A DNA stretch of 63,109 bases, filler included, from Octopus bimaculoides (Eukaryota), in NCBI RefSeq assembly GCF_001194135.2. It is 5 parts of 4 records of this genome, joined end to end, with 100 filler letters (N's around TTAATTAATTAA, not from the genome) between each part and the next. Parts side by side here need not be neighbours in the genome. Positions count along the whole stretch, not along the records: positions 43,350 to 57,009 come from NC_068996.1; positions 57,110 to 61,332 come from NC_068994.1; positions 61,433 to 63,109 come from NC_068982.1; 2 more parts are not named here. One strand, 5' to 3'. Within the stretch, counting starts at the first letter, position 1. The number at the start of each line of letters is the position of its first letter. This document shows, piece after piece, positions 50,403 through 61,922 of this stretch. The notes beneath the pieces were generated by a model. That model saw nothing but the letters and a program-made list of their open reading frames with translations. It was not told the DNA's origin and made no database searches. A program made the position numbers and the translations under genes.

Positions 50403-51483
50403 AAATTGGAGAAAAAAATATGGAAAATGAGAATGATATATATATCAATTAGATGATAACATACAGGAAGGAAGTAAGAGAATAAGGAGATAGAAGGAGA
50501 GAAGAAAAAAGAGGCATAAAAGTTCATAGTTCAATTTTCCGAAGTTATAGAAATCAACGCATGAGTCCTTAGGTGCAAACCTGTGTATATCCATGAGTGT
50601 AAGTCTTTAGCTGCAATCCTGAGTATATCCTTGTGTATATATATATATATATATATNNNNNNNNNNNNNNNNNNNNNNNNNNNNNNNNNNNNNNNNNNNN
50701 NNNNNNNNNNNNNNNNNNNNNNNNNNNNNNNNNNNNNNNNNNNNNNNNNNNNNNNNNNNNNNNNNNNNNNNNNNNNNNNNNNNNNNNNNNNNNNNNNNNN
50801 NNNNNNNNNNNNNNNNNNNNNNNNNNNNNNNNNNNNNNNNNNNNNNNNNNNNNNNNNNNNNNNNNNNNNNNNNNNNNNNNNNNNNNNNNNNNNNNNNNNN
50901 NNNNNNNNNNNNNNNNNNNNNNNNNNNNNNNNNNNNNNNNNNNNNNNNNNNNNNNNNNNNNNNNNNNNNNNNNNNNNNNNNNNNNNNNNNNNNNNNNNNN
51001 NNNNNNNNNNNNNNNNNNNNNNNNNNNNNNNNNNNNNNNNNNNNNNNNNNNNNNNNNNNNNNNNNNNNNNNNNNNNNNNNNNNNNNNNNNNNNNNNNNNN
51101 NNNNNNNNNNNNNNNNNNNNNNNNNNNNNNNNNNNNNNNNNNNNNNNNNNNNNNNNNNNNNNNNNNNNNNNNNNNNNNNNNNNNNNNNNNNNNNNNNNNN
51201 NNNNNNNNNNNNNNNNNNNNNNNNNNNNNNNNNNNNNNNNNNNNNNNNNNNNNNNNNNNNNNNNNNNNNNNNNNNATGTCATGTATCCAGTTATGTATCT
51301 ATATGTACATGTGGATGAAGGTATGTACATACATGTACATATATATGCATATACTCATATTGTTTATATATATACATACTTATATACATACATACCTACA
51401 AATCTAATATAAATTCAGAAGAATATGGTACTAAAGTTGAGGCACCAGAATTTAGTACGGTATTATCCATACAATTTCAAAAG

Positions 51484-51943
51484 AAGGTGATTAAAATCAA
51501 AATAAGCAACAAGGATATCCAGAGGTAATGCAGTACGATCGTTTCAAGCGACTCCATTTAATTGAACAATGCAACCATTACATCAATTTAAATGCAGAGC
51601 AATCCTCAGCTGCATAAATACATAGAGTTACATTAAATTAAAACAGATGGACGCATTAGTATAATTTTACCTAAAACCTCCAAGAAGGTAAGGAGATAGA
51701 CAAAGCTGAAGTGAAGACAGCATGTTGTTTGTCTATCTCCTTACCTTCTTGGAAGTTTTAAGTAAAATTACGCTAATGCGTCCATCTGTTTAAATTTATT
51801 GTAATTCTATGACTTTGTGCAGCTAAGGATTGCTCTGCATTTAAATTGATGTAATGGTTGCATTGTTCAATTAAATGGAGTCGCTTGAAACGATCGTGCT
51901 GCATTACTTCTGGATATCCTGTTGCTTATTTTATTTTAATCCC

Positions 51944-51945
<2 letters not shown>
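51484..51945. repeat. Long inverted repeat (foldback), ~220-bp arms and 23-nt loop
   Basis: 51484-51704 is the reverse complement of 51728-51945, with scattered mismatches and small indels. Confidence 0.95.
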
Positions 51946-52027
<82 letters not shown>

Positions 52028-52049
52028 TCTTTTATTCTTTTATTTGTTT

Positions 52050-52660
52050 CAGTCATTTGACTGCGAGACCATGCTGGGGCACTGCCTTTAGTCGAGAAAA
52101 TCCACCATAGGACTTATTCTTTGTATGCCTAGTAATCATTCTATCAGTTTCTTTTGTCAAACCGCAAAGTTACGGTGACTTAAACACACCAACATCGGTT
52201 GTCAAGCGATTGTGATAGGATAAACACAGACACACAAATACATACACACATGCTTGTATACATGAATATATACCCAGTGTGGTACGAACCTTCCTTCCCA
52301 GCCACATGGTTCCGGGTTCAGTCCCTCTGCGTGGCACCTTGACTACAATAAGCTCGGGTTGACCAAAGCCTTGCGAGCGGATTTGCTAGACGGAAACTGA
52401 AAGACGTCCGTCGTATATATATATGTGTGTGGGGGTGGTGGTGATCTCTTTCTGTCAGTGTTTGTCCCCCACCGCCATCGCTTTACAACTGATATTATGT
52501 GTTTAACTCCCCGTAACTTATCGTTTCGGCAAAAGAGACCGATGGAATAAGTACTATGTTTACAAAGAATAAATCCTGGGGTCGATTTCTTCGGCTAAAA
52601 AAATCCTTTAAGACGGTGCTCCAGCACGGCCACAATCAAATGACTGAAATAATAGAAAAG
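52050..52660. mobile_element. Two SINE family A copies: (-) tail fragment and (+) 5'-truncated copy
   Basis: cagtcatttgactgcg…gttacggtgacttaaacacaccaacatcggttgtcaagc (-); ccacatggttccgggttcagtcc…ccagcacggccacaatcaaatgactgaaa (+). Confidence 0.75.
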
Positions 52661-52974
52661 TAAAAGAATATAAAAGATATATATATGATATGATGTAATA
52701 TAATATATATGTATATATATATANNNNNNNNNNNNNNNNNNNNNNNNNNNNNNNNNNNNNNNNNNNNNNNNNNNNNNNNNNNNNNNNNNNNNNNNNNNNN
52801 NNNNNNNNNNNNNNNNNNNNNNNNNNNNNNNNNNNNNNNNNNNNNNNNNNNNNNNNNNNNNNNNNNNNNNNNNNNNNNNNNNNNNNNNNNNNNNNNNNNN
52901 NNNNNNNNNNNNNNNNNNNNNNNNNNNNNNNNNNNNNNNNNNNNNNNNNNNNNNNNNNNNNNNNNNNNNNNNNG

Positions 52975-53403
52975 GGATGTCAGGAAGGACATTGTTGTTG
53001 CACTTCCGGATGGTAAGGGTCTTCCTATGCCACTGACATGCAGTGTCTGTGCAAGACCGTGCCTCAGTAAAGCTGGGCTTATGAGTCATCTTTGTAGTCA
53101 TAAAGCAAGACCGATGATTGACTACCAGGCCGCTGGTGATGATGCTACACACCATACTAGTCATGTCCGTCGGGCATGTGGAAGGGAGTGTGATTCAGCA
53201 GGAGGACTTAAACGACACGCAAAGGCACATGGAGCCTAATTACAACAACAGCCAGCTATTGCGAGTAAAGGCTTTTGGATGCCAACTCTGTGAAAGACAT
53301 TGTAGATCTTTGGCTGGGCTAAAAAGTCACATTCGATCACAGCACCGTTAAGTTAAGCTTCGTGCAATGACCATACTCGATAACGAGGGGGCAGCCATCA
53401 TCA
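52975..53403 (+). mobile_element. RTE LINE 3' end with three C2H2-like zinc-finger motifs
   Basis: CSVCARPCLSKAGLMSHLCSH; ACGRECDSAGGLKRHAKAH; CQLCERHCRSLAGLKSHIRSQH*; ends ggcagccatcatcat. Confidence 0.7.
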
Positions 53404-53689
53404 TATATATATATTATATCATATTAAATCATATTATATTATAATATATATATATATGTGCATATAATAGGAGTAGACGATACTGTGTAGCAAGAAGCTT
53501 GTTCCCCAGCCTTATGCGTATGTGTGTGTGTGTGTGAGTGTGTGTGTGTGAGAGTGTGTGTGTGTGTGTGTGCGTGTCTGCGTGCATCTTTGTGTTTGTG
53601 TTTGTCCCCCGTCACCTCTTGACAACCGGTGTTGATGTGTATACCTTCCCGTAACCTAGCCGTCCGACATATATATATATATAGTTAAA

Positions 53690-53812
53690 ATTTACAGAAA
53701 AACAAAGGACGAGGACAAGTGTATAAACAACAAGCAGATGTATTAGTTTGACGCTCGGGAAGGTGAGAAAGTCTTTTACATTTCGAGACTACGCTCTTTA
53801 ACAGAAGAGAAA
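53690..53812 (-). mobile_element. PLE terminal-repeat relic containing a degenerate hammerhead (53772-53810)
   Basis: Minus strand tctctt-CTGTTAA-a GAG c gtag t CTC-GAAA T GT A-aaaga. Confidence 0.5.
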
Positions 53813-54029
53813 TGACTTTGCTCGATTTTCTGAAAAGTTGTACCTAATACGCTATACCTAATGCTGGCTATGGACTCACAAGAGATGTAGTGAAATCACA
53901 GACAGGCTACCAGGGAATGTTAGTTTCATATATAACAATGACAGGCGCACTGGAACAGTACATACTATAATCACACTGGAAATAGATTCTCTGAAATGCC
54001 CGAATGACTTACTAATAATATTTGATGGG

Positions 54030-54570
54030 CTTTGTTATCTATGTGATGTAATTAGCATGAGAGGAAGTAGCGCTGAAAGAATAGCAGCCAGAGTAAGAAT
54101 GGGTTGGAGAAATTGGCCAGTACCTCTGTTGGCAACAGAGGACTTTTCCTACAGAGTAAAAGGCAGATTGTATGACGCTTGTATTAGAACTGCGATGTTA
54201 CGTGGTGGCATGGTAGTGAGTCATGAGCTTCGAATGCAGAGAACTACAAGGAAATGTAACGTGTATGCTTCGTTGCATGTGCAATGTGAGTGTGCATGAA
54301 AGAAATAGTGCAAAGGTGTTGAGCTAAAAACTGAGCGTATGAGGAATCACATATAGTGTGCATGTGGTATGGACATGTGACGCGGATGGATGAGAACAGT
54401 TGTATAAAGAAATGCTGATCACCAAAAAATGGATGGAATCTATGTAAGAGGGAAACCCAAGAATATATGGGACAAAGTGAAGAAGGCTGATCTCAGAACA
54501 TTGAACCTCATGGACGAGATGACAAAGGATTGAAATAATGGCGATATATGATTCACGAGAAGACCCGCTC
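54030..54570 (+). mobile_element. RTE-like LINE 3' fragment
   Basis: IAARVRMGW…FSYRVKGRLYDACIRTAMLRG; W.GHV.RMDE…; RGKPKNIW. Confidence 0.75.
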
Positions 54571-54864
54571 GCATCAGCGAAATTGAATTCCAGTAGAACT
54601 GTGTATATATGTTTGTGTAAATATACACCAGCACAACTGGGCCTTCTACCCAATTACCTTCCTTCTCAAGATAAACTGCACCACCTCTCATAACCACACT
54701 AGCTGCAGTTCTTCCTTGATACCACTCGTTTTAATACCTAGAACCACTTCGCTTCTCCATCCTTCATCCATTAATACTGCTATCCACCCAGTCCTCAGTA
54801 AATTATCTTTCCCACCCCTTCCGCCTCATCATACTTCTCACCCTCTTCATACACTGCACCTGCA

Positions 54865-54927
<63 letters not shown>

Positions 54928-54942
54928 NNNNNNNNNNNNGCA

Positions 54943-55005
<63 letters not shown>

Positions 55006-55034
55006 ATTTCTCTCTCTATTTCTCTCTCTTTCTT

Positions 55035-55081
<47 letters not shown>

Positions 55082-55098
55082 TTCTCTCTCTCTCCCTC

Positions 55099-55129
<31 letters not shown>

Positions 55130-55130
55130 C
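54865..55130. repeat. (CT)n microsatellite
   Basis: Read directly from the sequence. Confidence 0.95.
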
Positions 55131-56250
55131 GTTCTTCCCCAGCCACTTTTGTAATCTGCTCAACGTCTCATGGTCTTTCTTTCGTCCTGTTTATTGCATC
55201 ATCATTACTATTCTGCAGCTTCGTATTATCTGACAGTCCCTACTCCTCAATTAATTTCTGACACCCTTGCCCCAAATCATTCCCCACCCCACCCTGATTT
55301 TTGAAGGTCCAGCCTGACACCTCATCACCTCTTTCTTATATCACTTTCTAGTTCTACTCAATCACCATCTGATCACCACCCTCCAAACGATCACTCCACC
55401 ATATCTTCAAAAATGTGAGTAACCATGTAACTCCTCTACAACAAGAAACCTCTTCTGCTCTGGGCCATTTCTCTCGTACTTTATTCTTTTCAACTCTTTA
55501 TTCTCTTAACATAAAGTTATTTCCATCCACTCTTGGGTTTGTAGTCTTGCAAGCTGCATGGTGCCCCCAATAATGCTGGTGGCACATAAAAAAAAAAAAT
55601 TGCACCCACTACACTCTGTAAAGTGATTGGTGATAGGAAAGGCATCAAGTCGTAGAAACCAAGCCAGAAATACAGGAAAGCACCATACTGTCTTGGGCCT
55701 ATCGGATCCTTTCAGACTGTCTAACCCATAAACACACACATATAGATAAGTATATACACAGAAACATAGACAAACATTTATAAATGTATGTATGTGTGTA
55801 TGTATGCATGTGTGTATGTATGCATGTGTGTATGTATGCATCTGTGTATGTATGTGACTATACACACACACACACACACACACACATACATTATAAACAC
55901 ACACAAATATATATGTATACATATGTGGGTGGATGTATGTGGTGTATGTGTGTGCGCGCGCGTGTTGTGTGTATAGACACATATCTACCCTTTTGCCAAC
56001 GTCAACACCAACATCAATATTACCACTACTAATACACTCACCAACTACTTTAGTTGCTTCTTTTGGTCTCTTCCTGTCCCCTCTCTCGTCCCACCAACCC
56101 CGTACCACTACCCTTCCTGCGCAACACCTCTCGTCTTTTGCCTCGGGAACACCCACCTCCTTCATGGCTGCTGTGGAAACGCCTGTCCTTTCTTAAACCC
56201 GTTAATACCCGGTTTATATTCATTCCAGCATGTAACGATGTATAGTGTAC

Positions 56251-56302
<52 letters not shown>

Positions 56303-56691
56303 GTCTATCTGTATCACCCCCTTTTTCTCTTCCCCTCTCCCCCCTCTCTCTCTCTCTCACTTTCTTTCTCACACACATATCGGTGTGTACATAATTATTT
56401 TAACAGATAACACACTACGGTATGTTAAACAGCGGGAGAGGGTAGACGTGCTTTTCAATACCCAGCAGTAGGTAAACAGTAGGGGAGCAGTAGAAAGCGA
56501 GCAGTAGAAAGCGAGCAGTAGGTAAGCAGTATGAAGGAAGGTGTTTTGAGCAGGGTAGCAGAAATACAGAGATATGGATGAGTGTGTATGTATGTATGTA
56601 TGTATGTATGTATGTATGTACGTACGTATGCATGCATGCAAGCATGTATGTATATGTATGTAGGTATATANNNNNNNNNNNNNNNNNNNNN

Positions 56692-56735
<44 letters not shown>

Positions 56736-57119
56736 TTATATTTATATATGCATGTATGCATATTTGTGTATGTGTATATAGGTATATAGATAGATATATA
56801 GTTGGATATATATATGTGTATGTATGTATGTCTATATATATATTTGTGTATATATATATCGGTTCCTTTTGCTGAACTGCTAAGTTACAGGGACGTAAAC
56901 ACGCCAACATCGGTTGTCGAGCGAGGGTGGGGAGGCAAACACAGACAAATACATACATACATACATACAAACGCACACACACACACACATACACACAAAT
57001 ATATATATANNNNNNNNNNNNNNNNNNNNNNNNNNNNNNNNNNNNNNNNNNNNTTAATTAATTAANNNNNNNNNNNNNNNNNNNNNNNNNNNNNNNNNNN
57101 NNNNNNNNNATATATACAC

Positions 57120-57502
57120 GTGAACGAGTTGTATATGGCAACTTGGGCAAGTGTCTTCTACTATTGCCTCGGGCCGACCAAAGCCTTGCGAGTGGATTTG
57201 GAAGACGGAAACTGAAAGAAGCCCGTCGTATATATGTATATATATATATGTATATATATGTATATGTCTATATATATATGTGTGTGTGTGTCTGTGTATG
57301 TTTGTGTGTCTGTTTGCTCTCCCCCCAACATCGCTTGACAACCGATGCTGGTGTGTTTACGTCCCCGTAACTTAGCGGTTTGGCTTAAAAGACCGATAGA
57401 ATACGTACTAGGCTTACAAAGAATAAGCCCTGGGGTCGATTTGCTCGCCTAAAGGCGGTGCTCCAGCATGGCCACAATCAAATGACTGAAACAAGTAAAA
57501 GA
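57120..57502 (+). mobile_element. tRNA-derived SINE family A
   Basis: gggcaagtgtcttctactattgcctcgggccgaccaaagccttg…gtccccgtaacttagcgg…ccagcatggccacaatcaaatgactgaaacaagtaaaaga. Confidence 0.85.
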
Positions 57503-58230
57503 GGATTGGCAGATGTGGAATAGTGACACTTGAGGGAGATTTGACGGCTATTCGTAGCACGCCGAGAGAAAATGTTACCGGTTGTGGACGTAAAGGGGAA
57601 AAAGACTGGAGAAAAAAAAATGAAAGTTGTGAAAAAGCGAAATTACTAAGTGTCAAACGAAAAGCGAATTATAGTCAAGCTAATTGGACAATGCAATTAG
57701 TCCTATTTTATAAGATACACTGTATCCGTGAAAAAAAGACGTGTTGGTCATGGCTGACATGTCTTTGATCCTCGGTGTCTTCGATCAGGGCTGGCCTGGG
57801 ATTAAACAGCTACAACAATCGTAATAAAACACCACCAAAACCATTGCCAGCGTCACACCATCACCATCTTCATCATCAGTTTTATTGTCGTCTGCCCAGA
57901 ATTAAGGGTTACGGTGGCAGTGACATGCTTTGAATTCGCCTTTCTCTCTCTCTCCCCCCTTTCTCTCTCTCTCCCCCCCTTTCTCTCTCCAGGCTGGCTT
58001 CACCTTTCCCACTTTTATTCTTCTCCTTCCTTTGTTTTTCTTCCTCCTCTTCTTCCATCATTCCCTCTCTTTCGCTTTCCTTTACTTTCTTCCTTTCGCC
58101 TCTTTCACTATTCGCCTCTCCTTTTTATCTTGCTCTCATCTTTTTCTTTCTCTTTCTCTTTCTCTCCTCTCCCACTTCACCCTTCCTCTTTTTTCCACAT
58201 TTCAAATGAACGTTATTGTGAACACACGCA

Positions 58231-58306
58231 CGCACACGCATATACACTCGTGCGCAGATACGCATACACGCACACGCATATACACTCGTGCGCAGATACG
58301 CATACA
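58231..58306. repeat. 38-bp perfect tandem duplication in a (CA)-rich tract
   Basis: cgcacacgcatatacactcgtgcgcagatacgcataca occurs twice. Confidence 0.9.
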
Positions 58307-59011
58307 CGCACATATACACACGTGGACATACACGAACGATATAGAAATACACACACACACACACACACGCATACGCGTGCGCGCACAGAGCACGCGCGCA
58401 AATTTCCAAAGACACGTGCACAAGCGTGTACTCACGCGCTCGCGCACCCATTTCTATTTTATTTACGATTCAATAACAAAACACGAAGGCGATGGTGGCG
58501 ATGGTCGCCGTGCCGGGGGCGTGGTTGTGATTGGTAAACACAGTGTTGTAGTAGGAGGGGGATTTAGCGGTGATGGTAACAGCTAAAGGGGAGTTTGGGA
58601 GTGTCGTTGCTTAGCCCCAGGTCAGTCAGCCCTGATTGAGCAGAACCTATGATGAAAGGTGTCCCGACCATGACCATTCCGTCTTTGTATAAAGTATTAA
58701 GCTTTTAGACCTACCTTGAAGATACGTCTCTTTTTTTCTTTCTTAAAGCGATTGGAGGGAGATTTGGTTTCTATTTCTAGCAGGTCAAGCGACCACATAG
58801 AAGTTCTTTTTTGGTTGGGCTTTTGTGTTTTAATGGTGGTGGTGGTGGCGGTAGTGGCGATGGATGGTGGTGGTAGTGCTGTTGAGGTGTTGGTGGGGAT
58901 AACGTTTGCGGTGGTGGCGCTGGCGTTTTTTTTTTTGCTTAACCCCAGGTCGGCTATGATAAAAGGCGTTCCACCTCTGACATCCCGCCTATTTTCCATG
59001 TGCAGGGAACT

Positions 59012-59210
59012 CAGGAGTGGCTGTGTGGTAAGTAGCTTGCTTACCAACCACATGGTTCCGGGTTCAGTCCCACTGCGTTGCACCTTGGGCAAGTGTCTTC
59101 TACTGTAGCCTCGGGCCAACCAAAGCCTTGTGAGTGGATTTGGTAGACGGAAACTGAAAGAAGCCCGTCGTATATATGTATATATATATGTATGTGTGTT
59201 TGTCCCCCCT
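59012..59210 (+). mobile_element. tRNA-derived SINE family A, well-preserved head, cut by a gap
   Basis: caggagtggctgtgtggtaagtagcttgc…ggttccgggttcagtccc…ggtagacggaaactgaaagaagcccgtcg. Confidence 0.85.
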
Positions 59211-60220
59211 NNNNNNNNNNNNNNNNNNNNNNNNNNNNNNNNNNNNNNNNNNNNNNNNNNNNNNNNNNNNNNNNNNNNNNNNNNNNNNNNNNNNNNNNNN
59301 NNNNNNNNNNNNNNNNNNNNNNNNNNNNNNNNNNNNNNNNNNNNNNNNNNNNNNNNNNNNNNNNNNNNNNNNNNNNNNNNNNNNNNNNNNNNNNNNNNNN
59401 NNNNNNNNNNNNNNNNNNNNNNNNNNNNNNNNNNNNNNNNNNNNNNNNNNNNNNNNNNNNNNNNNNNNNNNNNNNNNNNNNNNNNNNNNNNNNNNNNNNN
59501 NNNNNNNNNNNNNNNNNNNNNNNNNNNNNNNNNNNNNNNNNNNNNNNNNNNNNNNNNNNNNNNNNNNNNNNNNNNNNNNNNNNNNNNNNNNNNNNNNNNN
59601 NNNNNNNNNNNNNNNNNNNNNNNNNNNNNNNNNNNNNNNNNNNNNNNNNNNNNNNNNNNNNNNNNNNNNNNNNNNNNNNNNNNNNNNNNNNNNNNNNNNN
59701 NNNNNNNNNNNNNNNNNNNNNNNNNNNNNNNNNNNNNNNNNNNNNNNNNNNNNNNNNNNNNNNNNNNNNNNNNNNNNNNNNNNNNNNNNNNNNNNNNNNN
59801 NNNNNNNNNNNNNNNNNNNNNNNNNNNNNNNGTGGTGGTGATGAAGGTGTGGGCATGCTTGATGGTGTTGGTGATGTTTGGTGGTGGTGTGGTGGTGGTG
59901 GTGGTGGTGATCCCTGAAAAGCAGTGATATTTGACAGTTGGTGATGTTGACAGAAAGGGTGCCGGTGTTTAATGGTGACAATGATATCGACTAAAGGGGC
60001 TGCGGAGGTGGTGATTAAAGGAGTGGTGGTAAGGGTCATGTTGACCAACGGGATATCGGCGGCGGCGTCAGTGACGTTGGCTAAAGGAGTGCTAGTGACG
60101 ATGGGGTGGTGGTAGTTGACTAAAGGGGCGATGGTGGAGGTGTTGTTGGCTAAAGGGATGGCGGCGGTGACGGAAGTGATATTGACTGAAGGATAAGTGG
60201 TGTTTAATGATGGTGGTGTA

Positions 60221-60610
60221 GAGGCGCAATGGCCCAGTGGTTAGGGCAGCGGACTCGCGGTCATAAGATCGCGGTTTCGATTCCCAGATCGGGCGTTGTG
60301 AGTGTTTATTGAGCGAAAACACCTGAAGCTCCACGAGGCTCCGGCAGGGGATGGTGGCGAACCCTGCTGTACTCCTTCACCACAACTTTCTCTCACTCTT
60401 TCTTCCTGTTTCTGCTGTGCCTGTAATTAATAAGGGGCCAGCCTTGTCACACTGTGTCACGCTGAATATCCCCGAGAACTGCGTTAAGGGTACACGTGTC
60501 TGTGGAGTGCTCAGCCACTTGCACGTTAATTTCACGAGCAGGCTGTTCCGTTGATCGGATCAACTGGAAAACCTCGACGTCGTAAGCGACAGAAAGCCAA
60601 CAAACAACAA
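60221..60610 (+). mobile_element. tRNA-derived SINE family C, full length
   Basis: A box tggcccagtgg, B box ggtttcgattccc, body shared with 7947-8280, (CAA) tail. Confidence 0.9.
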
Positions 60611-60739
60611 ATGATGGTGGTGGTGATGATGTTATATGGAAGTGGTGGTGGTGTTTGATTATTCTTGTTTAACCCTAGGTCAGCCCAGATCAAGCAGTCC
60701 CATGTCTTGTCGTTACTAGATATGTTAATATAGGTACAG

Positions 60740-61052
60740 GCATGGTTGTGAGTTAAGAAGTTTGCTTCCCAACCACATGGTTGTGGATTCAGTCTCACTG
60801 AGTGGCACCTATAGCCTCGGGCCGACCAAAGTCCTGTAAGTGGCTTTGACAGATGGAAACTGAAAGAAGCCCGTCGAATATATATATATATACATATATA
60901 TATATACGCTTCAATTTCCAAGTAAGTATATGTGTGTATGTGCCTTTGTGTCTCTGTTTGTCCCGCACAACTGCTTGACAACCGGTGTTGGTGTGTTTAC
61001 GCCCCTATAGTATAGCAGTTCAGCAAAAGAAACCAATACAATAAATACCAGG
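60740..61052 (+). mobile_element. SINE family A (diverged, internal deletion)
   Basis: ccaaccacatggttgtggattcagtc…gatggaaactgaaagaagcccgtcg…cttgacaaccggtgttggtgtgtttacg. Confidence 0.75.
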
Positions 61053-61059
61053 CAAAAAA

Positions 61060-61332
61060 CGAAGACTCCTTGAACTCAGATCAATACTACTCAAAAGACA
61101 TTACCCAATATCTTTAATAAATAATGGAATCAAACGAGCTAAGGAAATAGACATACAAACATTAAGGGAAGTCAACCGAAATACTAAACCAGACTTTAAA
61201 ATACTCCCATACATCTCCACACATAATCCTAGAAACAACGAAGCCTTTAATGTTATCATCCAACATCTTCCCATCCTCACAAGAGATAAAACAATGAACA
61301 AAATTTTAGACTCATACAAAATTATCAAAAGT
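61060..61332 (+). mobile_element. Penelope-like RT thumb/linker fragment, stop-free, cut by a gap
   Basis: RRLLELRSILLKRHYPISLINNGIKRAKEID…ILPYISTHNPRNNEAFNVIIQHLPIL (91 codons, no stops). Confidence 0.75.
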
Positions 61333-61434
61333 NNNNNNNNNNNNNNNNNNNNNNNNNNNNNNNNNNNNNNNNNNNNTTAATTAATTAANNNNNNNNNNNN
61401 NNNNNNNNNNNNNNNNNNNNNNNNNNNNNNNNAA

Positions 61435-61642
61435 TTGGGGATCTTGTTGTGTCCAGGCGCCTTCCAGTTGCTTAGTCTTTGCAGTGTCTGGGTGACCTCT
61501 TCAGTTGTTATAGGGGCCCAGAGTTGCTCAGGTGCTAAGTTCGTTGTTTTAATGGCCCTTTTTTGGGGTTGTTGCTTCACCGACCATATTTGTTTCCAGA
61601 ATTTCTCTAGTTCTTCTGCTGTTGGTGCTGAAGTAATGTCTA

Positions 61643-61655
<13 letters not shown>
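61435..61655 (-). mobile_element. R4/Dong-like RT N-terminal fragment beside (TTA)n
   Basis: PTAEELEKFWKQIWS…ITTEEVTQTLQRLSNWKAPGHNKIPN. Confidence 0.8.
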
Positions 61656-61684
<29 letters not shown>

Positions 61685-61685
61685 A

Positions 61686-61887
61686 GTGGCGAACTGGCAG
61701 AATTGTTAGCACGCCGTGCAAAGTGTTTATCGGCATTTCGTACGTCATCACGTTCTAAGTTCAAATTCCGTCGAGGTCGACTTCACCTTCCATCCTTTCG
61801 GAGATCGATAAAATAAGTACTAGTAAAGCACTTGGGTCGATGTAACCGACTTACCCCCTCCTCCGGAATTGCTGGCCTTGTGCCAAA

Positions 61888-61890
<3 letters not shown>
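61686..61890 (+). mobile_element. tRNA-derived SINE family B
   Basis: gtggcgaactggcagaattgttagcacg…aagttcaaattccgtcgaggtcgacttc…ggccttgtgccaaaatt-(att)n. Confidence 0.85.

Positions 61891-61922
<32 letters not shown>

Noticed and set aside
51860-51905. gaaacgatcgt palindrome in the foldback as a hammerhead 3' half
   Set aside because: No CUGANGA-like core or matching stem I upstream in either arm.
59925-60200. CRISPR-like repeat-spacer array
   Set aside because: The repeats are short and degenerate, the spacers are low-complexity, and the context is eukaryotic with no cas genes.
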